From Desulfonatronovibrionaceae bacterium (GTDB taxonomy: Bacteria > Desulfobacterota > Desulfovibrionia > Desulfovibrionales > Desulfonatronovibrionaceae): a DNA stretch of 20,000 nucleotides. Made by a program: the position numbers and the translations under genes. Shown here one piece after another: positions 7,533-16,354 of this stretch. Location: the NCBI GenBank assembly GCA_046539845.1, contig JBKHGE010000001.1:181569-201568 (forward strand). Direction: 5' to 3'. The notes beneath the pieces were generated by a model, which was not told the DNA's origin, searched no databases, and saw only the letters and a program-made list of their open reading frames with translations. Position 1 is the stretch's first letter, and each line of letters opens with the position of its first letter.

Positions 7533-8915
7533 ATGACTGCCGGCTCGCTGATCTCTTTGACCCGAAGGCAGAAAAAGGCCCTTTTATCCCTCCTTCCCCG
7601 GGACAAGGTGGTTTTGGACCCGGAAAAGACAGCTGTTTACGGTGTGGATGCCGGCCGGAAAAGAGGGATTGCGGCCGCAGTGCTCAGACCGGAAAATGTG
7701 CAGCAGATAAGCCGGATAATGGCCTTTGCCCGGGAGGAGGGACTGCCCGTCCATCCCCGCGCCCGGGGCACGAACATGGTCGGGGCCTGTGTCCCGGAAG
7801 GCGGCGGACTGGTTCTTTCCTGCCTGGAGATGGATCGTATCCTGGAGATAAACCGCGCGGACTGTGTGGCCTGCGTGGAACCCGGGGTGGTCACCGGGGA
7901 GCTGCAGGCCCGGCTGGAACGGGAAGGACTTTTCTACCCCCCGGATCCGGCCAGTGTGCGTTTTTCCACGATCGGGGGGAATGTAGCCACCAATGCCGGC
8001 GGGATGCGGGCGGTCAAATACGGGGTGACTCGGGACTATGTCCTGGGAGTGGAGGCGGTCCTGCCCGGGGGCCGTGTCCTGCGCACCGGCGGGAGCTGTC
8101 ACAAGGATGTAACCGGGCTGGATCTAACCGGATTGTTTGTCGGTTCCGAAGGGGGGCTGGGCGTACTCACCCGGATCTGGCTCAAGTTACTCCCCCGGCC
8201 ACTTTATACCTCTTCGGTTTTTGCTTCGTTTTCTTCCCTGGAAAAGGCCTTGCAGGGCGTGGATGCGGTGCTTTCCCGCGGAGTGCTCCCGGTGGCCATG
8301 GAGATTATGCCCGAAGCTGTTTTGGAATGTCTGCGCCAAGTGCCGGGCGTGGATCTGCCCCGGGACAGCGGTACGGCCCTGCTTTTGCGGCTGGACGGTA
8401 ATCAGCCCGGGGTGCGGGCCGATCTCCGCGAGGTGGAAAAGGCCCTGGAATTTGCCGTGATCCGGATAGCCGGCCCGGAGGGGGAAGACGATCTCTGGGA
8501 GCCGCGGCGGCTTATAAGTCAGGCCTCATACCGGCTAAAGCCGGACAAGATAAGCGAGGATGTGGCCGTGCCCCGGAGCAGGGTCCCGGCCTATGTCCGG
8601 GCAGCCTCAGAGATATCCGGGCAAATGGATCTGCCCGTTTTGGTCTTCGGTCATGCCGGGGACGGGAACATGCACACCAATATCATGTATTCGGCAAAGG
8701 ATCCGGGCGAGTGCCAGCGGGCGAAACAGGCCCGGGAGGAAATCCTGCACCGGGTTCTGGCTCTCGGGGGGACCATTTCCGGAGAACACGGCATAGGCCA
8801 GGGGAAAAGAGACTATCTGCCCTGGCAGCTGGACTCCCTGCAGCTCGAGATCATGCGAGGGATAAAAAAAGTGTTTGACCCCACCGGGATCATGAACCCG
8901 GTGGTTTCCTATTGA
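7533..8915 (+). CDS. FAD-linked 2-hydroxyacid oxidase/dehydrogenase, GlcD/D-lactate dehydrogenase family
   Basis: 'YPPDPAS', 'STIGGNVATNAGG', 'KYGVTRDYV', 'GSEGGLG', 'GHAGDGNMH', 'GTISGEHGIG', 'IKKVFDPTGIMNP'. Confidence 0.9.
   Translation: MTAGSLISLTRRQKKALLSLLPRDKVVLDPEKTAVYGVDAGRKRGIAAAVLRPENVQQISRIMAFAREEGLPVHPRARGTNMVGACVPEGGGLVLSCLEMDRILEINRADCVACVEPGVVTGELQARLEREGLFYPPDPASVRFSTIGGNVATNAGGMRAVKYGVTRDYVLGVEAVLPGGRVLRTGGSCHKDVTGLDLTGLFVGSEGGLGVLTRIWLKLLPRPLYTSSVFASFSSLEKALQGVDAVLSRGVLPVAMEIMPEAVLECLRQVPGVDLPRDSGTALLLRLDGNQPGVRADLREVEKALEFAVIRIAGPEGEDDLWEPRRLISQASYRLKPDKISEDVAVPRSRVPAYVRAASEISGQMDLPVLVFGHAGDGNMHTNIMYSAKDPGECQRAKQAREEILHRVLALGGTISGEHGIGQGKRDYLPWQLDSLQLEIMRGIKKVFDPTGIMNPVVSY
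8881..8904. repeat. 24-bp quasi-palindrome CCACCGGG-A-TCATGA-A-CCCGGTGG at the convergent glcD/ycaO overlap; possible hairpin or terminator
   Basis: 8881-8888 is the exact reverse complement of 8897-8904, and the central TCATGA is self-complementary and contains the ycaO stop. Only short T tracts flank it. Confidence 0.55.
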
Positions 8916-10527
8916 GCTTCCGCTCCTCCGTTTTTTCCCAGGCCTGTTTCAGCCTGGGGGTCAGGCGGCGGTAGCGGTCAAAATCCACTGACGGCTCCAG
9001 GCCGGGGACAATGGCCCGGACAACCGGGAAGCCCAGGTCGCGTCGGGTAAGATGGGCAAAAATCGGCCGGTATCCGTTTGCAATAAGCAAAGAACAGACG
9101 GTTTCCAGATCCCGGCTTATTTCCCCGCTCGAATAATCCGGGAGATCTTGGACGCCGGTCTCTTCCAGGGGGGCTGTGAGGACCGGGGCGGGAGTGAGCC
9201 CCGGAGGCAGGGGGATCTCGGTCAGGGCGTTCCACAGGGCCCGGCCGGAGTCCAGAGCTGCGCCGCTCCCGAAATGGATGTCTCCTTGCCCGTCCCGGAC
9301 GAGCGCCTTGTAGCACGGGATTCCCAGATCAGGGGTGATATCTTGGAAGATTACGTCCGTATTTTCGGGGATAGCTGCTGCGAGCATCCTGCCCCATGGG
9401 GACCCGTCTTCTTGCAGCCTAAAGCAGTTTTCCGGCTGGAAAAGACCCAGGCCCAGGGCGTCGCGTTCCAGAACCTCCATCAGGGCGCCGAGTCTGGCCT
9501 GCTTTATGTTGGTGCCCGCGGCCAGACCGGTGGAAGAAGGGGCGGCAAAAAGGGACTTCTCCCCCAGATTGGAAAACAAAAATACGATCTGCACGGGGAC
9601 AAGAATCTCTCGGGCCCCCTTGAAGGTCAGTTCCTCGGCGGGCATCCAGGCCAGTTCCTCGTCTTGGTACGGGTAGTCCGGCAGCAGTTCTTTCGGATTC
9701 AGGCAGTGGAAGTCTTTTGTGATCTCGGAATACTTGGCTCGGGTGATCCGGTTGGCGCCGGACAGATCCGGGATCCGGTCCCCACGCACAGTGGCGAAGG
9801 CGCAGAAACGTTCCACGATCTCCATAAGAAGGCCGGCCCGGGCCGAATCCAGATCCGGGCCCCGGCCGTAGCTGGTCTGGGTCCCGTGCAGGGAGAAATT
9901 AAGCCCATTGCTCTGGGTCTGGCGCTGAAAGAACCAGTTGCGGACCAGTCCGACCGGGGCCGGAGAATTCGTATGGCGCATCTCCTGCCCGCAGAGCACA
10001 CCCAGGCCCTGCAGCCTGAAAGCGGCGGTCTCAGCCACTTCCCGGCTCGGGGGGAGTTCGGTCCGTCCCGTACCCGGTCCCGGCAGGTGCAGATCAAAAA
10101 GGGCTGTTTGGGCCGGGTCCTTCCCGGCCGCCGCAGGGGGAAGTTCCCCGAAGGCGGGCAAAGGGCTCAACCCGGTGACATTAGCCTGCATGGACCTTAT
10201 CCACCAGGCGGGCTCAGCCGGGACGTCCAGCTCTCCGAGGGGGGATAAACCGCGTACCTCTTCCGGGGAGAACCCGAAGGCATCTTTTCTCCCGGTCTCG
10301 GCTGCCAGGCAGGATAAAAGCTTTGGGCCGTAGTTTTCGGCTAGGTGTTCCAGGTCCTTTGTTTCTGTATTTTCCAGCCTGTCCAGGATATGGCGGTGCA
10401 GGAAGAGATCCAAAGGAAAGCGGGCCAAGTGTTCCAGGCAGGTCTCCAGGGGCAGCTCCTGCTCCGGCTCCACGCTGAAGTGGCCGGTGGTTGCCTGGCT
10501 GAAGGCGTGTTTCAATATGTAGCGCAT
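8890..10527 (-). CDS. YcaO-family ATP-dependent peptide-backbone modifying enzyme (stand-alone)
   Basis: YcaO motifs 'SYGRG', 'GLLMEIVERF', 'SSTGLAAG', 'ALMEVLERDA', 'DITPDLGIPCY', 'ALWNALTEI' and 'FPVVRAIVPGLE'. AAGAGGAA RBS (minus strand, 10538-10531) lies before ATG 10527. Confidence 0.9.
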   Translation of the reverse strand: MRYILKHAFSQATTGHFSVEPEQELPLETCLEHLARFPLDLFLHRHILDRLENTETKDLEHLAENYGPKLLSCLAAETGRKDAFGFSPEEVRGLSPLGELDVPAEPAWWIRSMQANVTGLSPLPAFGELPPAAAGKDPAQTALFDLHLPGPGTGRTELPPSREVAETAAFRLQGLGVLCGQEMRHTNSPAPVGLVRNWFFQRQTQSNGLNFSLHGTQTSYGRGPDLDSARAGLLMEIVERFCAFATVRGDRIPDLSGANRITRAKYSEITKDFHCLNPKELLPDYPYQDEELAWMPAEELTFKGAREILVPVQIVFLFSNLGEKSLFAAPSSTGLAAGTNIKQARLGALMEVLERDALGLGLFQPENCFRLQEDGSPWGRMLAAAIPENTDVIFQDITPDLGIPCYKALVRDGQGDIHFGSGAALDSGRALWNALTEIPLPPGLTPAPVLTAPLEETGVQDLPDYSSGEISRDLETVCSLLIANGYRPIFAHLTRRDLGFPVVRAIVPGLEPSVDFDRYRRLTPRLKQAWEKTEERKLNRKPPGS

Positions 10528-10603
10528 GCGTTCCTCTTTGTTCAGCACGGCCGGCCATTGCCGGCACAAAGCGTGATCCAGAAGATATCCGCAGAGCCCG
10601 GAT

Positions 10604-10633
10604 TTGACAAGAGGGGCCGGTGTTGCCTAAGCC
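10604..10633 (+). promoter_or_regulatory. Possible sigma70 promoter for secA
   Basis: Perfect TTGACA at 10604-10609 in the divergent ycaO/secA gap. The -10 is poor (TAAGCC at 18-nt spacing). Confidence 0.3.
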
Positions 10634-10709
10634 GCAGAACAGAAATACACTTTGCTCCGATCATTTTTCAGGATAGAACCGATTTCAAACACGAGAAAAA
10701 GGGGCCTTA

Positions 10710-13223
10710 ATGATATCTTATGTAGTAAAAAAGGTCTTTGGGACCAAAAACGAACGCTTTCTCAAAAGGCTTCAGCCCGTCCTGGAGGCGGTAAATTCCC
10801 TTGAACCGCAGATGGAGGGGTTGAGTGACCAGGAGATGCGGGAGAGGATAAACTCCTGGCGGAGGGAGGCGGAATCCGGGAGGGATCTGGACGGGCTTTT
10901 GCCCGACGTATTTGCCCTGGTCCGGGAAGCCTCCAAGCGCACCCTGGGCCTGCGTCATTTTGACGAACAGATAATCGGGGGGCTTGTCCTGCACAAGGGG
11001 ATGATCGCGGAAATGAAGACCGGCGAGGGTAAGACTCTGGCCGCGACCATGCCGGTAGTCCTAAACGCCCTGACCGGAAAGGGCGTACACGTAGTCACTG
11101 TGAACGACTACCTGGCCCGGCGCGACGCAGAATGGATGGGCAGGATATACAATTTTTTGGGTCTCAGTGTCGGAGTGATCACTAACGAACTGAACGACGA
11201 GCAGCGCAGGGAGGCCTATGCGGCTGATGTGACCTACGGGACCAACAATGAATTCGGCTTCGACTACCTGCGGGATAATATGAAGTTCTATGCCGATCAG
11301 CTGGCCCAAAGAGAGCTTCATTACGCGATAGTGGACGAGGTGGACTCTATTCTGATTGACGAGGCCCGGACCCCGCTCATTATCTCCGGCCCCTCGGACG
11401 AGAATACCTCCATGTATTCCCAGATTGACCGTATAGTCCCCAGATTGCAAAGGGACCAGGACTTCACCATTGACGAGAAGGCCAAGAGCGTGGCCCTGAC
11501 CGATGAAGGGGTCCAGAAGTGCGAGGATATCCTGCAGATCGACAACCTGTTCGATCCCAAAAACATTACCTATCAGCACCATATCCTGCAGGCACTCAAG
11601 GCGCATTACCTGTTCACCAGGGACAAAGACTATATTGTCAAGGACGGACAGGTGATTATTGTGGATGAGTTCACCGGGCGTCTCATGCCCGGCCGCCGTT
11701 TCAGCGAAGGCCTGCACCAGGCCCTGGAGGCCAAGGAAAACGTCAAGGTGGAATCCGAGAACCAGACCTTGGCTTCGATCACTTTCCAGAATTATTTCCG
11801 CATGTATGACAAGCTGGCCGGTATGACCGGGACCGCGGACACCGAGGCCGTGGAATTCAAGCAGATATACAACCTGGACGTGGCGGTCATTCCCACCCAC
11901 GAACCCATGATCCGCCAGGATTTTCCGGATGTGGTTTACCAAACTCAGGAGGAAAAATTCAAGGCCATAGCCGAGGATCTGCAGGAACTCTACCAAAAAG
12001 GCCAGCCGGTCCTGGTGGGCACGACCTCTATTGAAAAATCTGAACTCTTGTCCAATAAGCTCAATAAAATGCGGGTCCCGCACGAGGTCTTGAACGCCAA
12101 ACACCACGAAAAAGAGGCCCAGATAGTGGCCGAGGCCGGGGAAAGAGGCCGGGTGACCATCGCCACCAACATGGCCGGTCGGGGTACGGATATCGTACTC
12201 GGCGAAGGTGTGCGCGAACTCGGCGGACTGCACATCCTGGGCACGGAGCGGCATGAAAGCCGGCGCATAGACAACCAATTACGCGGCCGCTCCGGACGCC
12301 AGGGCGATCCCGGCTCCTCGCGCTTCTATCTGGCTCTGGACGACGACCTGCTGCGCCTTTTCGGCTCGGAGCGCATTTCCGGGCTCATGGACAAAATAGG
12401 CATGGAAGAAGGCCAGTCCATTGAGAACAAGATGATCTCCAGGGCCATAGAAAACGCTCAGCGCCGGGTGGAGGGCCATAATTTCGAGATAAGAAAGCAG
12501 CTCCTGGAATACGACGATGTCATGAACCAGCAAAGGGAGGTCATTTATGCCCAGCGAAAGGAGATCATGCAGGCCGATGACCTGGTCGAGCTCCTGGACG
12601 AGTTTATAGACGATCTCTTGCTGGATATATACGCACCGGTGGAAGAGGCCGGGAAAGAGGGAGTGGACGAGGAAAGCAAACACATGGTTGCAGCCAGGCT
12701 GTTTCAGGTGTTCAATCTGGAGCGCAAGGAGCTAGAGGAAAACCTTGTATCCCGGGAAGAGGCCGGGAAGCGGATCCGGGGGAAACTGGCCAAACTCAAG
12801 GCTGATGCCGGGGATCATTACCACGAGATAGTCCGCTTTTTCCTCCTGGAGAACCTGGACAAGAACTGGAAGGAACACCTCTTAAATATGGACCACCTGA
12901 AGGAGGGCATCGGGCTACGCGGATATGGTCAGAAGGACCCCAAGCAGGAGTACAAGCGGGAGGGCTTTGAGCTCTTTCAGGATCTTTTGGGCCGGATCAA
13001 GGAGAGCACCCTGCGCGATCTTTGCCGCCTGCGCATAGAGGCCGCCCCCCGGGAGGAGGAGTTTAAACACGAGGAGCAATCCAATCTGCAGTATGCCGGA
13101 GGGGGGGACGGAACCGGCGGGAGCAAGCCGGAGACGGTGCGCCGAAGTTCACCCAAGGTGGGCAGAAACGACCCCTGCCCGTGCGGGAGCGGGAAGAAAT
13201 ATAAAAAATGCTGCGGCAGATAG
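10710..13223 (+). CDS. secA: Preprotein translocase ATPase SecA
   Basis: 'EMKTGEGKT', '[11 protein letters not shown]', '[21 protein letters not shown]', '[11 protein letters not shown]', '[18 protein letters not shown]', and the C-terminal SEC-C motif '[19 protein letters not shown]'. Confidence 0.99.
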   Translation: MISYVVKKVFGTKNERFLKRLQPVLEAVNSLEPQMEGLSDQEMRERINSWRREAESGRDLDGLLPDVFALVREASKRTLGLRHFDEQIIGGLVLHKGMIAEMKTGEGKTLAATMPVVLNALTGKGVHVVTVNDYLARRDAEWMGRIYNFLGLSVGVITNELNDEQRREAYAADVTYGTNNEFGFDYLRDNMKFYADQLAQRELHYAIVDEVDSILIDEARTPLIISGPSDENTSMYSQIDRIVPRLQRDQDFTIDEKAKSVALTDEGVQKCEDILQIDNLFDPKNITYQHHILQALKAHYLFTRDKDYIVKDGQVIIVDEFTGRLMPGRRFSEGLHQALEAKENVKVESENQTLASITFQNYFRMYDKLAGMTGTADTEAVEFKQIYNLDVAVIPTHEPMIRQDFPDVVYQTQEEKFKAIAEDLQELYQKGQPVLVGTTSIEKSELLSNKLNKMRVPHEVLNAKHHEKEAQIVAEAGERGRVTIATNMAGRGTDIVLGEGVRELGGLHILGTERHESRRIDNQLRGRSGRQGDPGSSRFYLALDDDLLRLFGSERISGLMDKIGMEEGQSIENKMISRAIENAQRRVEGHNFEIRKQLLEYDDVMNQQREVIYAQRKEIMQADDLVELLDEFIDDLLLDIYAPVEEAGKEGVDEESKHMVAARLFQVFNLERKELEENLVSREEAGKRIRGKLAKLKADAGDHYHEIVRFFLLENLDKNWKEHLLNMDHLKEGIGLRGYGQKDPKQEYKREGFELFQDLLGRIKESTLRDLCRLRIEAAPREEEFKHEEQSNLQYAGGGDGTGGSKPETVRRSSPKVGRNDPCPCGSGKKYKKCCGR

Positions 13224-13259
13224 CTCCAGGATTTGCTGCGGTTGAAAACGGAGGGGAAA

Positions 13260-14441
13260 GTGGTATTGGAAATACCTAAGGGGTATAGATTCGGGACATA
13301 CGCTGGCGGATTGCGCTACCAGGGACGGGACGATCTGACCCTGATTCTAAGCGACACCCCGGCGGCTGCAGCCGGGGTGTTCACCCGGAATCGGTTCCAG
13401 GCCGCTCCGGTGCTCGTGGCCCAAGACATTGTTCGGGGAGGGTCGGTTCGGGCCGTGCTCGTGAACTCCGGACAGGCCAATGCCTGCACCGGGGACATGG
13501 GGATCGCCGCCTGTCGGGAATGTATGCGCATCGCGGCCGAAGAACTCGGCATCCGGGAGGCGGAGATACTTCCGGCCTCCACCGGGGTCATAGGCGAACA
13601 TCTGCCCATGGAGCGTATGCACAGGGTCCTGCCCCGACTGGCCGACCGTGTGGGGAAGTGCTCTCCGGAGCAGGCAGCCCGGGCGATAACGACTACGGAT
13701 AAATTCCCCAAGCTGTCCGCGGCCGGCGCGGATCTGTCCGCGGGCAGGGTCCGTGTGTTGGGGCTGGCCAAGGGGGCGGGCATGATCTGCCCGGACATGG
13801 CCACTATGCTTGGGTTTATTCTGTGTGATGCCCAGGTGGAGCCAGGAGTGTGGCAAGAGATCCTCGGTCGGGCCGTGGATAGAAGCTTTAACGCCATCAG
13901 CGTAGACGGGGACACCAGCACCAATGACTGCGTGTTGGCCCTGGCCAACGGGGCCGGCGGTACAAGAGCGGAAAAACAGGATATAGACCGGCTTGCGGAA
14001 GCGGTTCTGCAGGTCTGTCAGGAACTCTCCTATCAGATTGTCCAGGATGCGGAAGGGGGGACCAAGGTGGTGCATATCAAAGTCAGCGGTGCCGCGGATG
14101 GTCGGCAGGCGGAAGCCGCAGCCCGGGCCGTGGGCAATTCCCCCTTGGTAAAGACCGCCCTGTACGGAAATGACCCCAATTGGGGACGGATAGTGGCTGC
14201 GCTGGGGCGTAGCGGAGCGGATTTTGATCCCCGACAGGTCCGGGTCTTTCTGGGAGGGTATTGCATATTTGAAAATGGCTGCCCGGCCGAAGGGGATATA
14301 GATGCCCTTTTTGCCAGGTTCCTGCGCGGCTCGGATGTGTATATCGGCCTGGAATTGGGCCGGGGGGCTGGAGAGTACGCCCTTAAGGCCTCGGATTTGA
14401 CTCACGAATATGTGTCCATAAATGCGGAATACAGGACCTGA
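13260..14441 (+). CDS. argJ: Glutamate N-acetyltransferase / ornithine acetyltransferase ArgJ
   Basis: 'NSGQANACTG', 'STGVIG', 'TTD', 'KGAGMICPDMATML' (autoproteolytic Thr), 'DGDTSTND', 'DAEGGTK', 'DPNWGR', 'INAEYRT'. GTG 13260 follows GGAGGG; start uncertain by a few codons. Confidence 0.96.
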   Translation: MVLEIPKGYRFGTYAGGLRYQGRDDLTLILSDTPAAAAGVFTRNRFQAAPVLVAQDIVRGGSVRAVLVNSGQANACTGDMGIAACRECMRIAAEELGIREAEILPASTGVIGEHLPMERMHRVLPRLADRVGKCSPEQAARAITTTDKFPKLSAAGADLSAGRVRVLGLAKGAGMICPDMATMLGFILCDAQVEPGVWQEILGRAVDRSFNAISVDGDTSTNDCVLALANGAGGTRAEKQDIDRLAEAVLQVCQELSYQIVQDAEGGTKVVHIKVSGAADGRQAEAAARAVGNSPLVKTALYGNDPNWGRIVAALGRSGADFDPRQVRVFLGGYCIFENGCPAEGDIDALFARFLRGSDVYIGLELGRGAGEYALKASDLTHEYVSINAEYRT

Positions 14442-14448
14442 TCTATAA

Positions 14449-15048
14449 ATGAGCACAGGGAATACGGACTGGAAGAGACTGGTGGATTTTTTCTTTGAGG
14501 TCGGGATGCTCAAAAAGACGCCGCGGACCGGGTACCAATTCCTGGGCAGCGGCAGGGAAAACGTGGCCGAACATTCCTATCGGACCACGGTTATCGGCCT
14601 GGTCCTGGCCGAGCTTAACGGGGCGGACAAATACAAGGTAGTGGTCATGTGTCTGTTTCACGACATGCACGAGGCCCGGACCGGGGATTTTAACTATGTG
14701 AACCGCCTGTACAATACCTCGGATCAGAATCGGGCCTTGGAGGACGCCCTGACGGGAACAGGGATACAGGAAGAGGTCCGGGGCTTTTTCACCGAGCTGG
14801 AAAAAGCGGAATCTTTGGAGTCCAGGCTGGCCCAGGACGCGGATCAGCTGGACTTTATCCTGGAGCTCAAGGAGCAGCTGGAGACAGGCAATCCCTTTGC
14901 CGCCAAGTGGCTGGACTGTGCGGGAAAAAGGCTGCGCACGGAAAGTGGTCGCAGACTAGCCCGACAAATCCTGGACACTGATCCTTCCGACTGGTGGTTT
15001 TCCCTGGCAGATTACTCTTGGTGGACCAGGGGAAACGGCCGGGAGTGA
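14449..15048 (+). CDS. HD-domain hydrolase (YfbR/HDDC2-like 5'-deoxynucleotidase)
   Basis: 'LKKTPRTGY', 'ENVAEHSY', 'CLFHDMHEARTGD', 'DADQLD'. Confidence 0.88.
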   Translation: MSTGNTDWKRLVDFFFEVGMLKKTPRTGYQFLGSGRENVAEHSYRTTVIGLVLAELNGADKYKVVVMCLFHDMHEARTGDFNYVNRLYNTSDQNRALEDALTGTGIQEEVRGFFTELEKAESLESRLAQDADQLDFILELKEQLETGNPFAAKWLDCAGKRLRTESGRRLARQILDTDPSDWWFSLADYSWWTRGNGRE

Positions 15049-15084
15049 TTCCTCCGCCGGGAGAAATCTTTGCCGGAGAGCGAA

Positions 15085-15714
15085 ATGGAGACAGGTATGG
15101 ATCTCAGGTCCCCAGAAAAGAAAGACAGATCAGGAGTAGGGCTTTTACTGCTCGGGGTTTTGGGGTCCTTGGCCATCCACTTCTTTTTGCTCTCTGCGGC
15201 CGCGGCCTGCTGGACCCTCGGGGAGAACCAGACCAGGCGGCACGCGGAAAAGGACAGCACCGAGCGCCTCTTTCTGGAATTGAGCGAGATGCACAAATTG
15301 CGTCGGGATATTGCCCGCGAAAGCGGAGAAGGCAAGGACCCCGGCGTACCGGAGCTGGCCGGCCGGGCCGCCTTGAGCGATGGGTCCGGGCGCTCCTCCG
15401 GACACCGCGTCTGTGTGGACGATCCCGAGCTTCAGGCCAGGCTGCGCAACTATAAGGCCGGGGTGATGGAAATCTGGGAGGAGATGCACCCCGGCTCTCC
15501 GGGTTACGCCATAGTGGTTTTTAAAACAGATGAACAGGGCATGGTTGAGGACTATTACATTCGGGACATGGGCGGAGGCACGGACTTCAGACTTTTTTTG
15601 CTTGATTTCTTAAAAGAGGTTAAGCGGACAAGGTTAACTGATTCCGGACCTGTTGCCGCGGACTGGTTCGAGTGTGAATTCCGGGTTCGGGCCAGCCTGG
15701 CGGCGGAGAAATGA
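15085..15714 (+). CDS. Hypothetical single-pass membrane protein with possible TonB/TolA C-terminal-like domain
   Basis: N-terminal TM 'GLLLLGVLGSLAIHFFLLSAAA' with SxxxH, a G/S-rich linker, then helix 'LRNYKAGVMEIW', strands 'YAIVVFKTDEQGMVEDYYI', a helix, and the final strand 'ECEFRV'. Start uncertain (15070/15085/15097). Confidence 0.55.
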   Translation: METGMDLRSPEKKDRSGVGLLLLGVLGSLAIHFFLLSAAAACWTLGENQTRRHAEKDSTERLFLELSEMHKLRRDIARESGEGKDPGVPELAGRAALSDGSGRSSGHRVCVDDPELQARLRNYKAGVMEIWEEMHPGSPGYAIVVFKTDEQGMVEDYYIRDMGGGTDFRLFLLDFLKEVKRTRLTDSGPVAADWFECEFRVRASLAAEK

Positions 15715-16272
15715 TCCCGGACCGGATGAAACGCCCGGCGCCGATACTTATCGCTCTAACCGTTGTTACCTTGCTCGTGGGGCTGGGATATTTCCTCTCC
15801 CTGGAGTTTTTACGCATCCTGGAGCTAAAGAGCTATGACCTGCGTCTGAAGGCCAGGGGCCGGATACCGGTGTCCGGAAAGGTGGCTGTGGTGGCCGTGG
15901 ATGAAAAGAGCCTGGAGGAGATCGGCCGCTGGCCCTGGTCCAGATCAGTCATGGCCGACTTGGTCCGCAGGATAGATTCTTTTTCCCCCCGGGTCGTTGG
16001 ATTTGATATCAGCTTTTTTGATCCCCAAAAGACTTCCGCCCGGGAGGAGCTTACCCTTTTGCCCAACCCCAGGCTTGGCGCCTACATCAAAAAAAGGCTT
16101 GCTGCCGCCAGTCCGGATCTGAATCCGGCCCTGTCTTTGGCCGGGTTTGTCGGATTGGGGACCGGATTATCCTGGGCAATTATTGGCTTTTCTCCGCCGG
16201 CCGGTACTGGCTGAGCCTGGTTTGCTCCTTTTGGCCTTGGCGGGTAATTACCTGACCCTGACCGTTAAATGA
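15711..16272 (+). pseudogene. Remnant of a CHASE2-domain transmembrane sensor (internal deletion, two frameshifts, output domain absent)
   Basis: CHASE2 N-terminal motifs 'LELKSYDLRL', 'VAVVAVDEKSLEEIGRWPWSR' and 'PRVVGFDISF'. The sequence then jumps to TM-type segments continuing in shifted frames: ILGNYWLFSAGRYWLSLV (from 16169) and LLLALAGNYLTLTVK* (16225-16272). Confidence 0.8.
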
Positions 16273-16354
16273 AAGGACCGTCCGTGCTTGACGGAGGCCG
16301 TGGGCTGTGCGTAGGAATGTTGGCTACATTTGTCTGAAATGAAGCGGGGCGTAA

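Noticed and set aside
9052..10248. 398-aa plus-strand ORF antisense to ycaO
   Set aside because: No recognisable motifs, and the composition is typical of a shadow ORF opposite a GC-rich gene.
10528..10709. Possible RiPP precursor peptide or sigma54 promoter next to ycaO
   Set aside because: I saw no short ORF with a convincing RBS and leader/core character. The GGCAC at 10563 gives GG-N10-GA rather than GG-N10-GC.
11061..12683. Long minus-strand ORFs (405 aa, 134 aa) opposite secA
   Set aside because: Antisense shadows of a highly conserved gene.
13316..14513. Minus-strand ORFs (388 aa, 210 aa) opposite argJ
   Set aside because: Antisense shadows with no domain signal.
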